Virus record (IMG/VR): IMGVR_UViG_3300029725_000150
Span: 2,142 to 66,141 of that record
DNA from: a virus
DNA: 64,000 nt
Strand: one strand, 5' to 3'
This document shows, one piece after another, positions 12,001 to 19,265 of the stretch; positions within the stretch are counted from its first letter, which is position 1; each line of letters begins with the position of its first letter. The translations under genes were made by a program, and so were the position numbers. The notes under the pieces are model-generated. The model saw only the letters and a program-made list of their open reading frames with translations, was not told the origin of the DNA and made no database searches.

Positions 12001-15000
12001 TTGGTCGTGTTCAGCAAGGCTAAACAGGCTGCGATTGACCTTCGCTTGCTTAATCCTACATTTCCCGACAATCCTGATAGCAAGACAAACAAGGTGGTCG
12101 ATAACGTGTTGAGATTATATAAGGAGAGCGATAAGGACAAAGGCACGCAACTTATATTCTGTGATAGTTATCAATCCCCTTCTGAAACTCCAAAAATGGA
12201 TTTATTCGATGTCGATTTATCTGTTCCTCAGTTTAATTTGTACAACGATATAAAGGAAAAGCTTATCAAGGGAGGTATTCCGTCTAATCAGATAGCTATC
12301 GTTGGCAATTATGAGGGAGAAAGGAGAAACGCCTTGTTCGATAAGGTCCGTAATGGGGATGTGCGCATTCTTATTGGAAGCACGGAGAAAATGGGAGTGG
12401 GTGTCAACGTGCAAGATCGTCTATTCGCCCTGCATCATATTGACGCTCCAATCAGGCCTATGGATTTTGAGCAACGCAACGGTCGTATCTTACGACAAGG
12501 AAACTTATACGCTACATGGGATAAACCGGTGAACATCGTCACATATGGCGTTAAAGGTACCCTTGACGCTACCGCCTATGACAGGCTTCGTATAAAACAA
12601 AACTTCATCAACCAGATGATGAAAGGCGATATATCGTCTCGTGTCATGGAGGAGCAAGACGATAGTGATCCGTCTGGAATGACCTTTAGTGAGATGGCGG
12701 CGACGTTATCCGGAGATAAGACCGCCCAACTACTGTTTGTGGCACAGAACAAGTTAAAGAAACTGCAAAACTCCAAGAGGAGCGATCTTAACAGTAAGTC
12801 TTCCATGCGTGACTCTATATCTAATTCCAAACTTAGGATACAAGAATACAACAGCCGGAAGGATATCATGGAAAGGAACGCCAATATCGTAAAAGAGAAC
12901 TTCCCTGATGGGGTTGAGTCCGTGACTGTTAAAGGCAATACTTTCAGCGATGGTATATCGAATGAGCTTACGCCCATTATTGATGATTACTATGATAGAT
13001 ATACGCTTGACAGAAACACCCCTCCTCTGAAAATCAGTCTCAATGGAGGAAAAGGCGAGGCAATCGTGCATTTCAATGAAGGAATGATGGTCTATAGCTT
13101 ATATTTAGGAAAGGAAAAACTGGTTGAGAATCGTGATTTTAGCGGCGGCAAGGGTTTGATGGCTAGCATTGACAGGCAGTTGGGGATTCCCGCTAAATCC
13201 GTCTCAGATATAGCCGCTAAAATAAAGGCAGAGGAAAACAAGATAGCGGGATTAGAGGAAGCCGTTAAGAAACCGTGGGGAAAAGAGGATGAACTTAATG
13301 CGGCTCAGGCAGAGGTTAATGATCTGCAGAGACAATTAGTTGAAAAAGCTAAAGCTGAGGATATTCAGTTAGAATCAACTCTTGACGTTGATGGTACGTT
13401 GGTAAAAGAGGAAGGAGAGACTCGATTTCGATTCATGGGAGTAGATACAACTAATAATCAGGATAATGTAAGTTCTATTGAATCCTCAATCAACGATTGG
13501 TCAAACAAGCTTAATACCCCTGTCAGGGTAATCCATGACGTGGACGATATAAACGATACGGATGAGAATATGTTGGCCCGTAAGAGAGATTCCAAAGGCT
13601 GGTATGACACTTCTACTGGGGAGATAGTCATAGTATCACCTAATTCCACGTCCGTAGGTGACGCTCAAAGGACTTTCCTCCATGAGGTGGTAGGGCATCA
13701 TGGGTTACGTGAGCTATTCGGGGATGATTTCGATACTTTCCTTGATAACGTGTATCGGAACGCCAACGAGGATATCCGGAAAAATATCATTGACCGGACT
13801 AAAGGCAATCCTCTTAACTTGCGTGAGGCTACAGAGGAATACATCGCTGAATTAGCGGAACGTGGTTTCGATAACAAGGCCGAGCGTTCGTTATGGGAAA
13901 AGATCAAGGACTCTTTTCTTGATATGTTGAGAAAGGCCGGTATTAGCCTTGATTTCAAGTTATCGGATAATGACCTTCGTTATATCCTCTGGAGAAGCTA
14001 TAAGAACTTGGAGCAAGGAAACTTGATGGATGTAGCCGAGGATATCGTGATGAGAAATAGATTAAGTCTTAACAATATAAATTTGAACGAAAATGGATCA
14101 ATCGCAAGAGATATTGAACCTGAAAAAGGAAAACAACCTTCTGAAACAAAAGGTACTGGAAGGGAACTCGAGACAATCGATGGCGTTGATGAGAACGGAA
14201 ACGAAAGTGAACGAGACCATATCGACAAACCAAGGGGAGTTGAAAACGCTATTGACGGAACTGAAAACGCAACTGACCGAAATGGAAAAAAGACTGACGG
14301 CCAAGTTGACAACGATGGAGACCAACTTGGCGGAGGAGATACGGGCGATAGGAACGGAAGTGTCCGGGATGGAATCGGCGGTGAGCGGACTGTCATCGGA
14401 CGTGCAGGATCTGAAAACAAGGGTAGAGGCGTTGGAGAAAGCGTAAGGGAAAAGACGGATGATTTCGCTTTCGCAGAGAAAACAATCCGTTTTAGGGAGA
14501 ACGCACGGAATGAGTCGGTATTGTTCGCTGATAATGATATCCAAGTAGTAGAGAAACAGGTAGGTTCCGCCAAAGATCAATATGAGCGTACCCTATCTAC
14601 ATCATCCTATCAATTTCAGGAGGCGTTTCAGGATTCTATGCTAGGGCTTAAAACATTGCAGGATGCCGTGGCAAAGGCAACGAGGAGTCGTATATTGGAT
14701 TATGAGAACGCTTATATGGCCGAGAATGCCCTTTCCTCTGTTAATGAAGCTGAGTTCAACGCTTATAGGAAAGCGGCTTTCGAGCCTATCTTAAAAGCGA
14801 TCTCACGTTTGGAAAAGATGGGATCCTCCATTGATGAGATAAGGGATTACCTTATAACCAAGCATGGTATTGAGCGTAACAGGGAAATGGCCGTTAAACG
14901 AGCGTTGTCACAAAACGCGGAAACATATAAATCCCTGCTTGACGAGTATATCGGGAGAAGGAATGAGATACGTGAGAACGGCGGGTCTTGGGAAGAGCAG

Positions 15001-17556
15001 CAATCAGAAATGGATAGGCTTGCCGAGGAATACGGAGCTAATCTTTCTGATGATTTCAGCGGATTCACGTCCATGTATCCTAACGAGGATAACACGGGGT
15101 ATGATCCGGATTCCGCAAGGAGATACGTATTGGATTACGAGTCAAGATATGATACATCGGAATTATCGGCCTCTGTCAAAAGAGCCACTGACGCTATATT
15201 GGCAAAGCAACGGGATAGCGGGCTTATGAGCCAAAATACGTTTGATTCGATCAGCGATATGTATCAGTTCTATGTGCCTTTGCGTGGATGGGAGGAAACT
15301 ACGGCAGATGAGGTTTACGCTTATCTTACATCCGAAAGCCAGACGTTCAACGCCCCTATAAAGACTGTCGTTGGGCGAAAGAGCAAGGCTGACGATCCTA
15401 TAGCGACGATCGCTAATATGGCAGAGAGTGGAATCATGCAAGGGAATAGGAACTTGATGAAGCAAAAGTTTTTGACAATGGTGCAAAACCATAAGACGGA
15501 TCTCGTGAGCGTAAGCGAAATGTGGGTTCGTCTTGACGAGGCTTCCGGTGAGTGGATCGCCGTTTTCCCGGATATACCATCTAACGCCAATCCGGAACAG
15601 GTGGAGTCTATCGTGGAATCTTTCAACAAACGCATGGAGGAGCTATCCAATGAAAAAGGATCTAATGTCAGGCGTTCAAGGGATGCTATAGGGATACCTT
15701 ACAAGATATTGCCAAAGGACTTGAAGGAGCATCAAGTGATCGTAAAGAGAGCTGGCAAAGAATACGTGCTTACCATAAACGGGAACCCAAGGGCCGCTCA
15801 AGCGTTGAACGGGCTTACAAACCCGGATAATACGAAAGGATGGTTCGGTACCTTGGAGAGATACGCCGGATGGCTGAACCGTAACTTGGCGGCTAACTTT
15901 ACGACACGTAACCCGAATTTCATGGTAAGTAACTTCCTCCGTGACGCTCTTTATTCGAATACTACCGTATGGGTCAAGGAAAGTCCTGTTTACGCTTGGA
16001 AGTTCAATAAGAATTTCGCTAAGGTAAACCCGATCAATATGTATCGTCTGGTCAAGGGGTATGAGAACGGTACGTTGGATATGAGCGATCCCTTGAATAA
16101 GGCATACCATGATTTTGTAATGAGAGGAGGAGAGACCGGATACACCAATTTGAGAGACGTGGAAGCCAAGAAGAAGGCGATCCAAAAAGAGCTTCAATAC
16201 TCCAAGCAAAAGGTATCTATCGGAAAGGCTTTGAAAATACTAGGCGAATGGATGGACTTGTTCAATAAGAGCGTCGAGAATTGCGCTAGGTTCGCCGCGT
16301 TCCTTACTTCTAGGGAAATAGGGCGGAGCATGGATAAATCTATTTATGACGCTAAGGAGATATCCGTAAACTTCAATAAGAAAGGGGCGGGTTCAAAATT
16401 CTTGAATACTGAGGGGCAGACCAAGATAGGTAACGCTAGCGCTTTCACGTCCGGATTGTCAAGATCCATGTATGTATTTTGGAACGCTGGTGTACAAGGT
16501 ATGTATAATTTCGGAAGGCTGGCCAAGGATAATCCCAAGAAATTCTTGGGGTTAGCGTCCTCTTTCTATTTACTTGGCACTATCATGCCTATGATCGCTG
16601 CCGTTTTTGGGGATGATGAAGATGATGATTACTACGATCTTCCGGAATACGTGAGACGTAATAATATCTGTTTCCGTAACGGTGGAGGAAATTGGATTAC
16701 AATTCCTATGCCCATAGAGTTAAGGGCTATATATGGACTAGGAGAAATGTCTTCTGGAATAGTTTCCGGAAAGGAGAAGTATACCGATAAAAAGATGGCC
16801 ATGAAGATAGCGGAGCAAATGTCACAGGTTCTTCCTTTGGACATGATGGAGGGAGGTGGAGGATTCTCCGCTTTCGTCCCAAGCTCGGTAAAGCCATTGA
16901 TTGAGGCCGGAGATAACAAGGATTGGACAGGTTTGCCTTTATATAAGGATAACGACTTCAACAAGGGTATGCCGGAATGGACAAAGGCTTTTAAGAGCGT
17001 GGATCCCGCTATATTGGCAATGACTAAATATGCCAATGAACTGACCGGAGGAGATAAATACACTACAGGTACCGTTAACCTAAACCCAGCCATTATAGAA
17101 CATATATTGGACGGCTATTTCGGAGGTATTGAGGCTACGCGTTCCCAGATGGTCAAATCCGCTGAAACCGCTTGGGGTAGTCGTGATTTTGACTGGAGGA
17201 ATATCCCTGTAGGGAACCGTCTTATAAAAAGTGGTGATGAGCGGACGAAAAAGAAAGCCATAGATAACGCTTATTATGAGAATTTGGAAGAAATGGATAA
17301 GATCGGACAAAGATTGAGAGGATATCGTAAAGAATTGTCTAATCCACAGAACGATAGTTTTGATATAGCAGAGTATCAGAAAAAATTGAATGATCTTATG
17401 ATGAGCGATGAATATCGTGGATATGTAGAGTTTAATAATCTTAACAAATTGTATCAATCAATGGGTGAGTATTTGAAGAAGGTAGATGATGAAAGATTGG
17501 AAATGGAGTTATACGATTTGAAAGCAATGATGAATGAGATAGCTAATGGTAAATAG
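3028..17556 (+). CDS. giant multidomain polyvalent protein (4842 aa): pyrophosphatase-like + N6-adenine DNA methyltransferase + SNF2 helicase + HExxH zincin-like domain; likely virion-injected anti-restriction/anti-defence protein
   Basis: A 14.5-kb uninterrupted frame. Methyltransferase motif I EPAMGIGNIIG, motif IV ITNVPFG, and ADIVIFRKRK after it. SNF2 helicase motifs LAHQVGTGKTFTM (Walker A), LFIDEAHNYKK (DEAH-type box) and GSTEKMGVGVNVQ...FEQRNGRILRQGN (motifs V and VI). YGYIRGTKGVDGDHIDVF resembles the family I pyrophosphatase signature. HEVVGHHG is an HExxH motif. The start may instead be the ATG at 3073 (MDSNVKHL...). Confidence 0.85.
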   Translation: MKEEQKIQTKNTAGFMDSNVKHLYDAMISQGYTGLGDFSNFEGKMKDSGKRRMVYDYLIQDDYFSEIGDFSKFESALGYSPAERKDYVSQSSVNPAPIALRQEVDVPMKDQSEYVNPWTNSPDYNFESLRKKGKIETATPPPPTEYEKDSSLMNTWAGDAIQKLNAGGADLGAGIFGVLDKAAKGLESATGGLIPRGGAFKDISDRFKADAEFSRARSNRYNGKDFTDLWKEGNYMGAIGDIALQGVESLPMSIGAMAATMAGAPAAGLAGIGSIVASQKYDDLDQNNPNMGEFAKVSNAILTGTAESLSEMLGAGVSKAWMSTLFKTLGKEKAQEAIKRGIMGKMQEFYKKFGMFFEPVNEGIEEVSSTLAENITDKITGADPERDLTDGVLQSFVYGMGGGAYFTGAGALAKGAQYVADKIGGKQAQQPITDSNVTDQGVGTPPLLTKSRFAEAEEEGRNMTDPGNIRTASKKMEETRLSLSEMVPGLASTIESYVDDKASEAQVMSLLDGVNADARPLAEEFYADYLRISGLQDRIGEEIDNEVETYVANNITPYVTTNPDGQSIVTTATLSEGNVERPVYVRSIEGDKAVISDNGQDRMVSVKRLSDIVEQDAGYMRRTYEDQLLATRQSELDMTMHHNPKTQLPKPGLIVWNGDNAFILQGQDENGDWIAQPAAYDRETGQVTAKNGSSPAMPITENEILDLQDAIYDAQQVNVVSPKDDNVASADAEITSAPPVEDAINQPTSEIETESAIDQIAQPSNVENPSMVMREDGTPDFVSSGTDMALDFLYDKYGDKMPRKIEVTRKSFDESLKKASDALGKAQEAYDDAPIGKEDKPEAALIKARQEYEAIKVEADFWANLDDDIKEASKKPGDVIAKEISVIGDPMSGEELAAMMLANGAIKLTRDSYKKETGAGNNETARMFGLFASPEKGGVNIERAGEILELADRENGTNFFDENDTNAGRDAIIEVLSSSHTRGDLIDYVKRNREAIAERERQAEYNAYAEWCEENYHMSPEEYEAYEESMVRDFSEKQLTDEERGELDSQIVDEIQAIIDEQNEIDAILAQNKPIENENIEGNDESGGDGLREGGGEVLPREQLDQTGRAGETEAREQVGTGIDRTDGATQEGASIIDKIRYSSPVEITGNEISPSEDLREYKKNALEYGKSLRGEYINKDSGKTIFLGKNAIKEVLHHDYKNVEQLQSIAAIPKIIENAIFVTSQENTDSKVNAESFDYYVCGLRIGDVDYTVRAVFVKPKDGDRYYDHKLTRIEKGKLIDSLFGTTPGFNQTTSLVSGSEDKKLISILQDKVFEKDAKEAKSFVAPSPKENENPLDYAERIVEAKRLHDEELKVDTNPSEAQKEAGNYKKGHVKINGFDVSIEQPAGSVRSGKDASGKEWSQAMNNTYGYIRGTKGVDGDHIDVFLGPDMNSDMVYVVDQVNTDGSFDEHKVMMGFSSLEDARSAYLSNYEEGWQGLGNITGVALDEFKKWIDSSIRKTKPFSDYKMTKENPNLSLRDIVESSGGHIVVGNPGLTVYKKETVAKKTNGNKLVSEERYEELKKRMRAKLGGQMNMGIDPEILAIGTEMAVYHIEKGLRKFSDYSKAMIDDLGDAIRPYLKSFYNGARDLPEVGDNGWDKDMTTYEDVRSFDVANFDKPVPDIMDAAETVIKETEIAVQASAAEKKIKNSRKKRTDNKDKPLPLYGNDLFTPNNIKDNEQGNSRADQGVGRKAREEDRGSERGGDRGGVHGSDVLDTERGRGIPISDSDKRPVVRNQNNFSFPEKGIELPSGDISKLKANIEAIETLKDVEDGQGKPTPEQQAKMSRYVGWGGLAEALNEAKYNARDNNWTKDRNWNDKYLRYYEKLKSLLSKEEFDSAVRSTTTSHYTPSEVVESLWGITEKLGFKGGNISEPAMGIGNIIGMMPRSISENSSISGFEIDSLSGRMAKALYPDANIKVQGYEKAFSPNSKDLVITNVPFGKNAPYDKVLDKQFRKKLGSSYNLHNYFILKGLLELKEGGLGVFVTSSATMDGADSKFREYVSGNGYDLVGAIRLPNDAFQKGAGTSVTADIVIFRKRKYGEPSNGIGFATTTQIGEGTYMEDGDKRSKPIMVNEYFSNHPDMMLGDMMTAYDAGSGGLYSGASQTLKAKPGADLSKELFNAIDNLPKNILSGVVETKGPEVVGDSTLKDGTITVQNGNVFVLDGESLKPIKANPTFVHNGKTRKIADAVNDYNDIKKNLYDLIHDEQTKGVDPEPARKRLNKVYDAFVSKYGTLNRNKALDDIFAEDVEHGLPFSLETVRRVPSTTGKSMVWEVSKADGILNKRVSYPFELPTKADNVLDAVNISKSYKGNIDIPYISEITGMDEVNVTNEILEKGIAYRDPVTGNIIDKSEYLSGNVKDKLVEAKAALEDHPEFQKNVDDLEAVQPERIPYGEISYRLGTTWIPSEFINNFADNVLGISYANANFIPEIGEYILDKRAFITDYAKAGQFKTERMDAIDVFKAALNQRKPKVYDEIKYYEDGKQKTRRVVNEQETQAVAEKISDMSDKFVEYIDSKTMFHGRIEDVYNDKYNNYVLKKYDKPVFEHYPNANKNITLRDHQSKAVQRCLSESTLLAHQVGTGKTFTMITSAMEMRRLGIAKKPMIVVQNATLEDFVRDFYKLYPSAKILSPTKEERNADNRTRLFNLIATGDFDAIVVPQSFMAFIPDSEERKKAYIQKRIDDFEEAVDRIEDKALQERLKREAKSMRDSLEGIKKGKNVKGKAKTAETITAKTERILDRRTDNVMTFEQMGVDALFIDEAHNYKKIGFPSKMSNVKGIDTSASQRANSMLLKAQWISENNGGRNVVLATGTPITNTMAEVWTMMNFVAPDILDAYNINSFDEFATTFGTVEPSLEFTATGNFKIAERFKSYTNVPELIKAFRSHTDVVLTEDVKEFKEDKNIPKLKDNKMTNVIVEKNEDLEDVMQTLIKELEDYNKLTGKEKKDKSALPLVVFSKAKQAAIDLRLLNPTFPDNPDSKTNKVVDNVLRLYKESDKDKGTQLIFCDSYQSPSETPKMDLFDVDLSVPQFNLYNDIKEKLIKGGIPSNQIAIVGNYEGERRNALFDKVRNGDVRILIGSTEKMGVGVNVQDRLFALHHIDAPIRPMDFEQRNGRILRQGNLYATWDKPVNIVTYGVKGTLDATAYDRLRIKQNFINQMMKGDISSRVMEEQDDSDPSGMTFSEMAATLSGDKTAQLLFVAQNKLKKLQNSKRSDLNSKSSMRDSISNSKLRIQEYNSRKDIMERNANIVKENFPDGVESVTVKGNTFSDGISNELTPIIDDYYDRYTLDRNTPPLKISLNGGKGEAIVHFNEGMMVYSLYLGKEKLVENRDFSGGKGLMASIDRQLGIPAKSVSDIAAKIKAEENKIAGLEEAVKKPWGKEDELNAAQAEVNDLQRQLVEKAKAEDIQLESTLDVDGTLVKEEGETRFRFMGVDTTNNQDNVSSIESSINDWSNKLNTPVRVIHDVDDINDTDENMLARKRDSKGWYDTSTGEIVIVSPNSTSVGDAQRTFLHEVVGHHGLRELFGDDFDTFLDNVYRNANEDIRKNIIDRTKGNPLNLREATEEYIAELAERGFDNKAERSLWEKIKDSFLDMLRKAGISLDFKLSDNDLRYILWRSYKNLEQGNLMDVAEDIVMRNRLSLNNINLNENGSIARDIEPEKGKQPSETKGTGRELETIDGVDENGNESERDHIDKPRGVENAIDGTENATDRNGKKTDGQVDNDGDQLGGGDTGDRNGSVRDGIGGERTVIGRAGSENKGRGVGESVREKTDDFAFAEKTIRFRENARNESVLFADNDIQVVEKQVGSAKDQYERTLSTSSYQFQEAFQDSMLGLKTLQDAVAKATRSRILDYENAYMAENALSSVNEAEFNAYRKAAFEPILKAISRLEKMGSSIDEIRDYLITKHGIERNREMAVKRALSQNAETYKSLLDEYIGRRNEIRENGGSWEEQQSEMDRLAEEYGANLSDDFSGFTSMYPNEDNTGYDPDSARRYVLDYESRYDTSELSASVKRATDAILAKQRDSGLMSQNTFDSISDMYQFYVPLRGWEETTADEVYAYLTSESQTFNAPIKTVVGRKSKADDPIATIANMAESGIMQGNRNLMKQKFLTMVQNHKTDLVSVSEMWVRLDEASGEWIAVFPDIPSNANPEQVESIVESFNKRMEELSNEKGSNVRRSRDAIGIPYKILPKDLKEHQVIVKRAGKEYVLTINGNPRAAQALNGLTNPDNTKGWFGTLERYAGWLNRNLAANFTTRNPNFMVSNFLRDALYSNTTVWVKESPVYAWKFNKNFAKVNPINMYRLVKGYENGTLDMSDPLNKAYHDFVMRGGETGYTNLRDVEAKKKAIQKELQYSKQKVSIGKALKILGEWMDLFNKSVENCARFAAFLTSREIGRSMDKSIYDAKEISVNFNKKGAGSKFLNTEGQTKIGNASAFTSGLSRSMYVFWNAGVQGMYNFGRLAKDNPKKFLGLASSFYLLGTIMPMIAAVFGDDEDDDYYDLPEYVRRNNICFRNGGGNWITIPMPIELRAIYGLGEMSSGIVSGKEKYTDKKMAMKIAEQMSQVLPLDMMEGGGGFSAFVPSSVKPLIEAGDNKDWTGLPLYKDNDFNKGMPEWTKAFKSVDPAILAMTKYANELTGGDKYTTGTVNLNPAIIEHILDGYFGGIEATRSQMVKSAETAWGSRDFDWRNIPVGNRLIKSGDERTKKKAIDNAYYENLEEMDKIGQRLRGYRKELSNPQNDSFDIAEYQKKLNDLMMSDEYRGYVEFNNLNKLYQSMGEYLKKVDDERLEMELYDLKAMMNEIANGK
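7138..7515 (+). other. inorganic-pyrophosphatase-like domain inside the giant protein
   Basis: TYGYIRGTKGVDGDHIDVFLGP versus the family I pyrophosphatase core NYGYI.HT...DGDP.DVLV; the three Asp residues are conserved. Confidence 0.4.
8683..9264 (+). other. gamma-class N6-adenine DNA methyltransferase domain inside the giant protein
   Basis: EPAMGIGNI (AdoMet-binding motif I), NVPFG (NPPY/F-type catalytic motif), and ADIVIFRKRK at the end of the domain. Confidence 0.7.
10822..12620 (+). other. SNF2/SF2 helicase domain inside the giant protein
   Basis: DHQSKAV...GTGKTFTM, FIDEAH, and the C-terminal helicase motif QRNGRILRQGN. Confidence 0.75.
13599..13740 (+). other. HExxH zincin-like metallopeptidase motif region inside the giant protein
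   Basis: GWYDTSTGEIVIVSP...TFLHEVVGHHGLRELFGDD. Confidence 0.4.
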
Positions 17557-17564
17557 GTGAAGTG

Positions 17565-17593
17565 GCGGATGGCGTTGGTGCCATCCGCTTTAT
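17565..17593 (+). terminator. rho-independent terminator after the giant gene
   Basis: GCGGATGGC-gttggt-GCCATCCGC followed by TTTAT, 9 nt after the stop codon. Confidence 0.6.
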
Positions 17594-17597
17594 AGTA

Positions 17598-18008
17598 TTA
17601 ATCTTCATTTACATTGAATAGTGCTACGATTATAGATATGAATGTAATTAGTACTAATATGTTTAGACTGATTGCTAATATCCATTGTAATACACTGAAA
17701 TCGCCATTTATGCTATACGGTAATTTTAAGGAAGACCAACAACCGAAGTATAATATAAATGGTATTGATGCGTATTTAGCTATTTTGCATCCTTTAGATA
17801 CTAATATTAAAGGATAAGCTATAAAAGTAGCTACACTTCCGATCATAGTAGTCATGAGTCCACCGGCTATTAATATATATACAATAAAGAGCATCCATCC
17901 CACGCCCATAATGTAGGGTGTCAAATAATAGAATAATAACCATAGCAAATATGCTGTTATGTGACTTAGCAATATGGATCCTATTGTTCTTAAAAATGTA
18001 ATAATCAT
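17598..18008 (-). CDS. multi-pass membrane protein (136 aa) in a 27%-GC island
   Basis: Four hydrophobic helices. Its start overlaps the stop of the upstream gene (ATGA). GC content is far below that of the flanking DNA. Confidence 0.5.
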   Translation of the reverse strand: MIITFLRTIGSILLSHITAYLLWLLFYYLTPYIMGVGWMLFIVYILIAGGLMTTMIGSVATFIAYPLILVSKGCKIAKYASIPFILYFGCWSSLKLPYSINGDFSVLQWILAISLNILVLITFISIIVALFNVNED

Positions 18009-19015
18009 AATATTGTCTTGTCTTTATAAAATGAAAAATATGCTTTAGTTTTATTTTGTACTATACGCCAATATGTAAGAGATCTTTTAATGTCTGTTTT
18101 TGAAATGTCTATAACAGGTTCTTCTGCTGGATTTAACAAGGTGTATATAATACCATTTGGCAAGAATGTTTTGAAACTTAGTTCTTGTCTGAAATAGGAT
18201 ATCATTTTCCTTATTCTATCTTCGGATTCTAGTCTGTCATTCCATGATAATTTAAAATATTCAACTAATGGCGTTTTTATACGACTAATAAATCTATAGT
18301 CATATGTTTTATCATATTCTAATAGCGTATATACTAAAGATGCTCTATCTATAATAGCCCATGCGATGTTGTTATTAAGTATTTTGAATGTATTTAAGTC
18401 GTTTTCTGACACTAAAAAAAGGCAGTCTGTTTTCAATATTTCATTTGCGCAAAGTAACATTTTATCAAATCTATTCCATCCATAATCTTTTTTTACAAAA
18501 GGTTCATATTGAATGCCTACAGGGTTTATTTCTTTATCTGCTAACCTAAAATATATATCATATTTTTTTCTATGTATTTTTAAAATTCCTTTATTACATT
18601 TTGGACAAACCCAAAAATCTTTTATTATATCCTTATATATAAGATTTGTGCTACCGCACTCTATACATGAGTCTACAGTGCTGCATTTAATTAGTTCTTT
18701 AAATTTAACGTATAGATTTATTTTATTAATTAATGATTGTGCATCTTGCTTGTCTTTATTGAATTTGAATATCTTTCTATTCAGTCTCTCTAATTTCTTA
18801 TTTTCTATGCTTATTGTGTTTTTTATATCGTTAATGTTTATGCCTTTTTGTATAGGTACAAATGTTTTGCAATTTATGCACCAAGCGTGCCTTATTTCTG
18901 GGTATGGCAAGTCTTCCAACCCATAAATCCTAGGGTATATGTATTTATAATTAGTTGGATTATATTCTTGTTCATAATCACATGTATCACATTTAGCATA
19001 ATTATATATTGGCAT
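18005..19015 (-). CDS. Cys-rich protein with two zinc-ribbon motifs (336 aa) in a 27%-GC island
   Basis: CDTCDY...CINC and CIECGS...CPKC motifs. Translationally coupled to the downstream membrane protein. Confidence 0.55.
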   Translation of the reverse strand: MPIYNYAKCDTCDYEQEYNPTNYKYIYPRIYGLEDLPYPEIRHAWCINCKTFVPIQKGININDIKNTISIENKKLERLNRKIFKFNKDKQDAQSLINKINLYVKFKELIKCSTVDSCIECGSTNLIYKDIIKDFWVCPKCNKGILKIHRKKYDIYFRLADKEINPVGIQYEPFVKKDYGWNRFDKMLLCANEILKTDCLFLVSENDLNTFKILNNNIAWAIIDRASLVYTLLEYDKTYDYRFISRIKTPLVEYFKLSWNDRLESEDRIRKMISYFRQELSFKTFLPNGIIYTLLNPAEEPVIDISKTDIKRSLTYWRIVQNKTKAYFSFYKDKTIL

Positions 19016-19137
19016 AACTTTATTTTAATTTGGATTTTTTACAAAATTATCCAATCTTCACATCCGTTATCCCGCAGGAGGCATGTTTTGCAGCATATTT
19101 TACTTTTAGTGTTATCCCGAGGAATAGTAAAAAATAG

Positions 19138-19173
19138 AAAACTCCCCAAATCCTCACGGACAAGGGAGTTTTT
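19138..19173 (+). terminator. hairpin GAAAACTCCC/GGGAGTTTTT with a TCCTCACGGAC loop, followed by a T-rich run
   Basis: 10-bp inverted repeat with a 17-nt loop, then TTTATTATTT. Confidence 0.4.
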
Positions 19174-19265
19174 ATTATTTAACATAATCTATATGAATGG
19201 TTTTCAGACAACCTTAAACGATCCGATTCTCACGGACAGGAACGTTATAATATCTAAATCCATAT

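Noticed and set aside
14093-14446. Alternative-frame ORF (117 aa, coiled-coil-like) overlapping the Asp/Gly/Asn-rich linker of the giant protein
   Set aside because: The heptad-like K/E/L pattern is the expected out-of-frame product of GA-rich DNA. No independent start signals are present.
3396-16538. Dozens of minus-strand and alternate-frame ORFs of 60-280 aa listed in the ORF track inside the giant gene (for example 5377-6213, 10147-10710, 13998-14573, 15676-16209)
   Set aside because: All are fully embedded in the 14.5-kb coding frame and have low-complexity or hydrophobic, noise-like translations. They are expected by chance in a long ~45-50% GC ORF.
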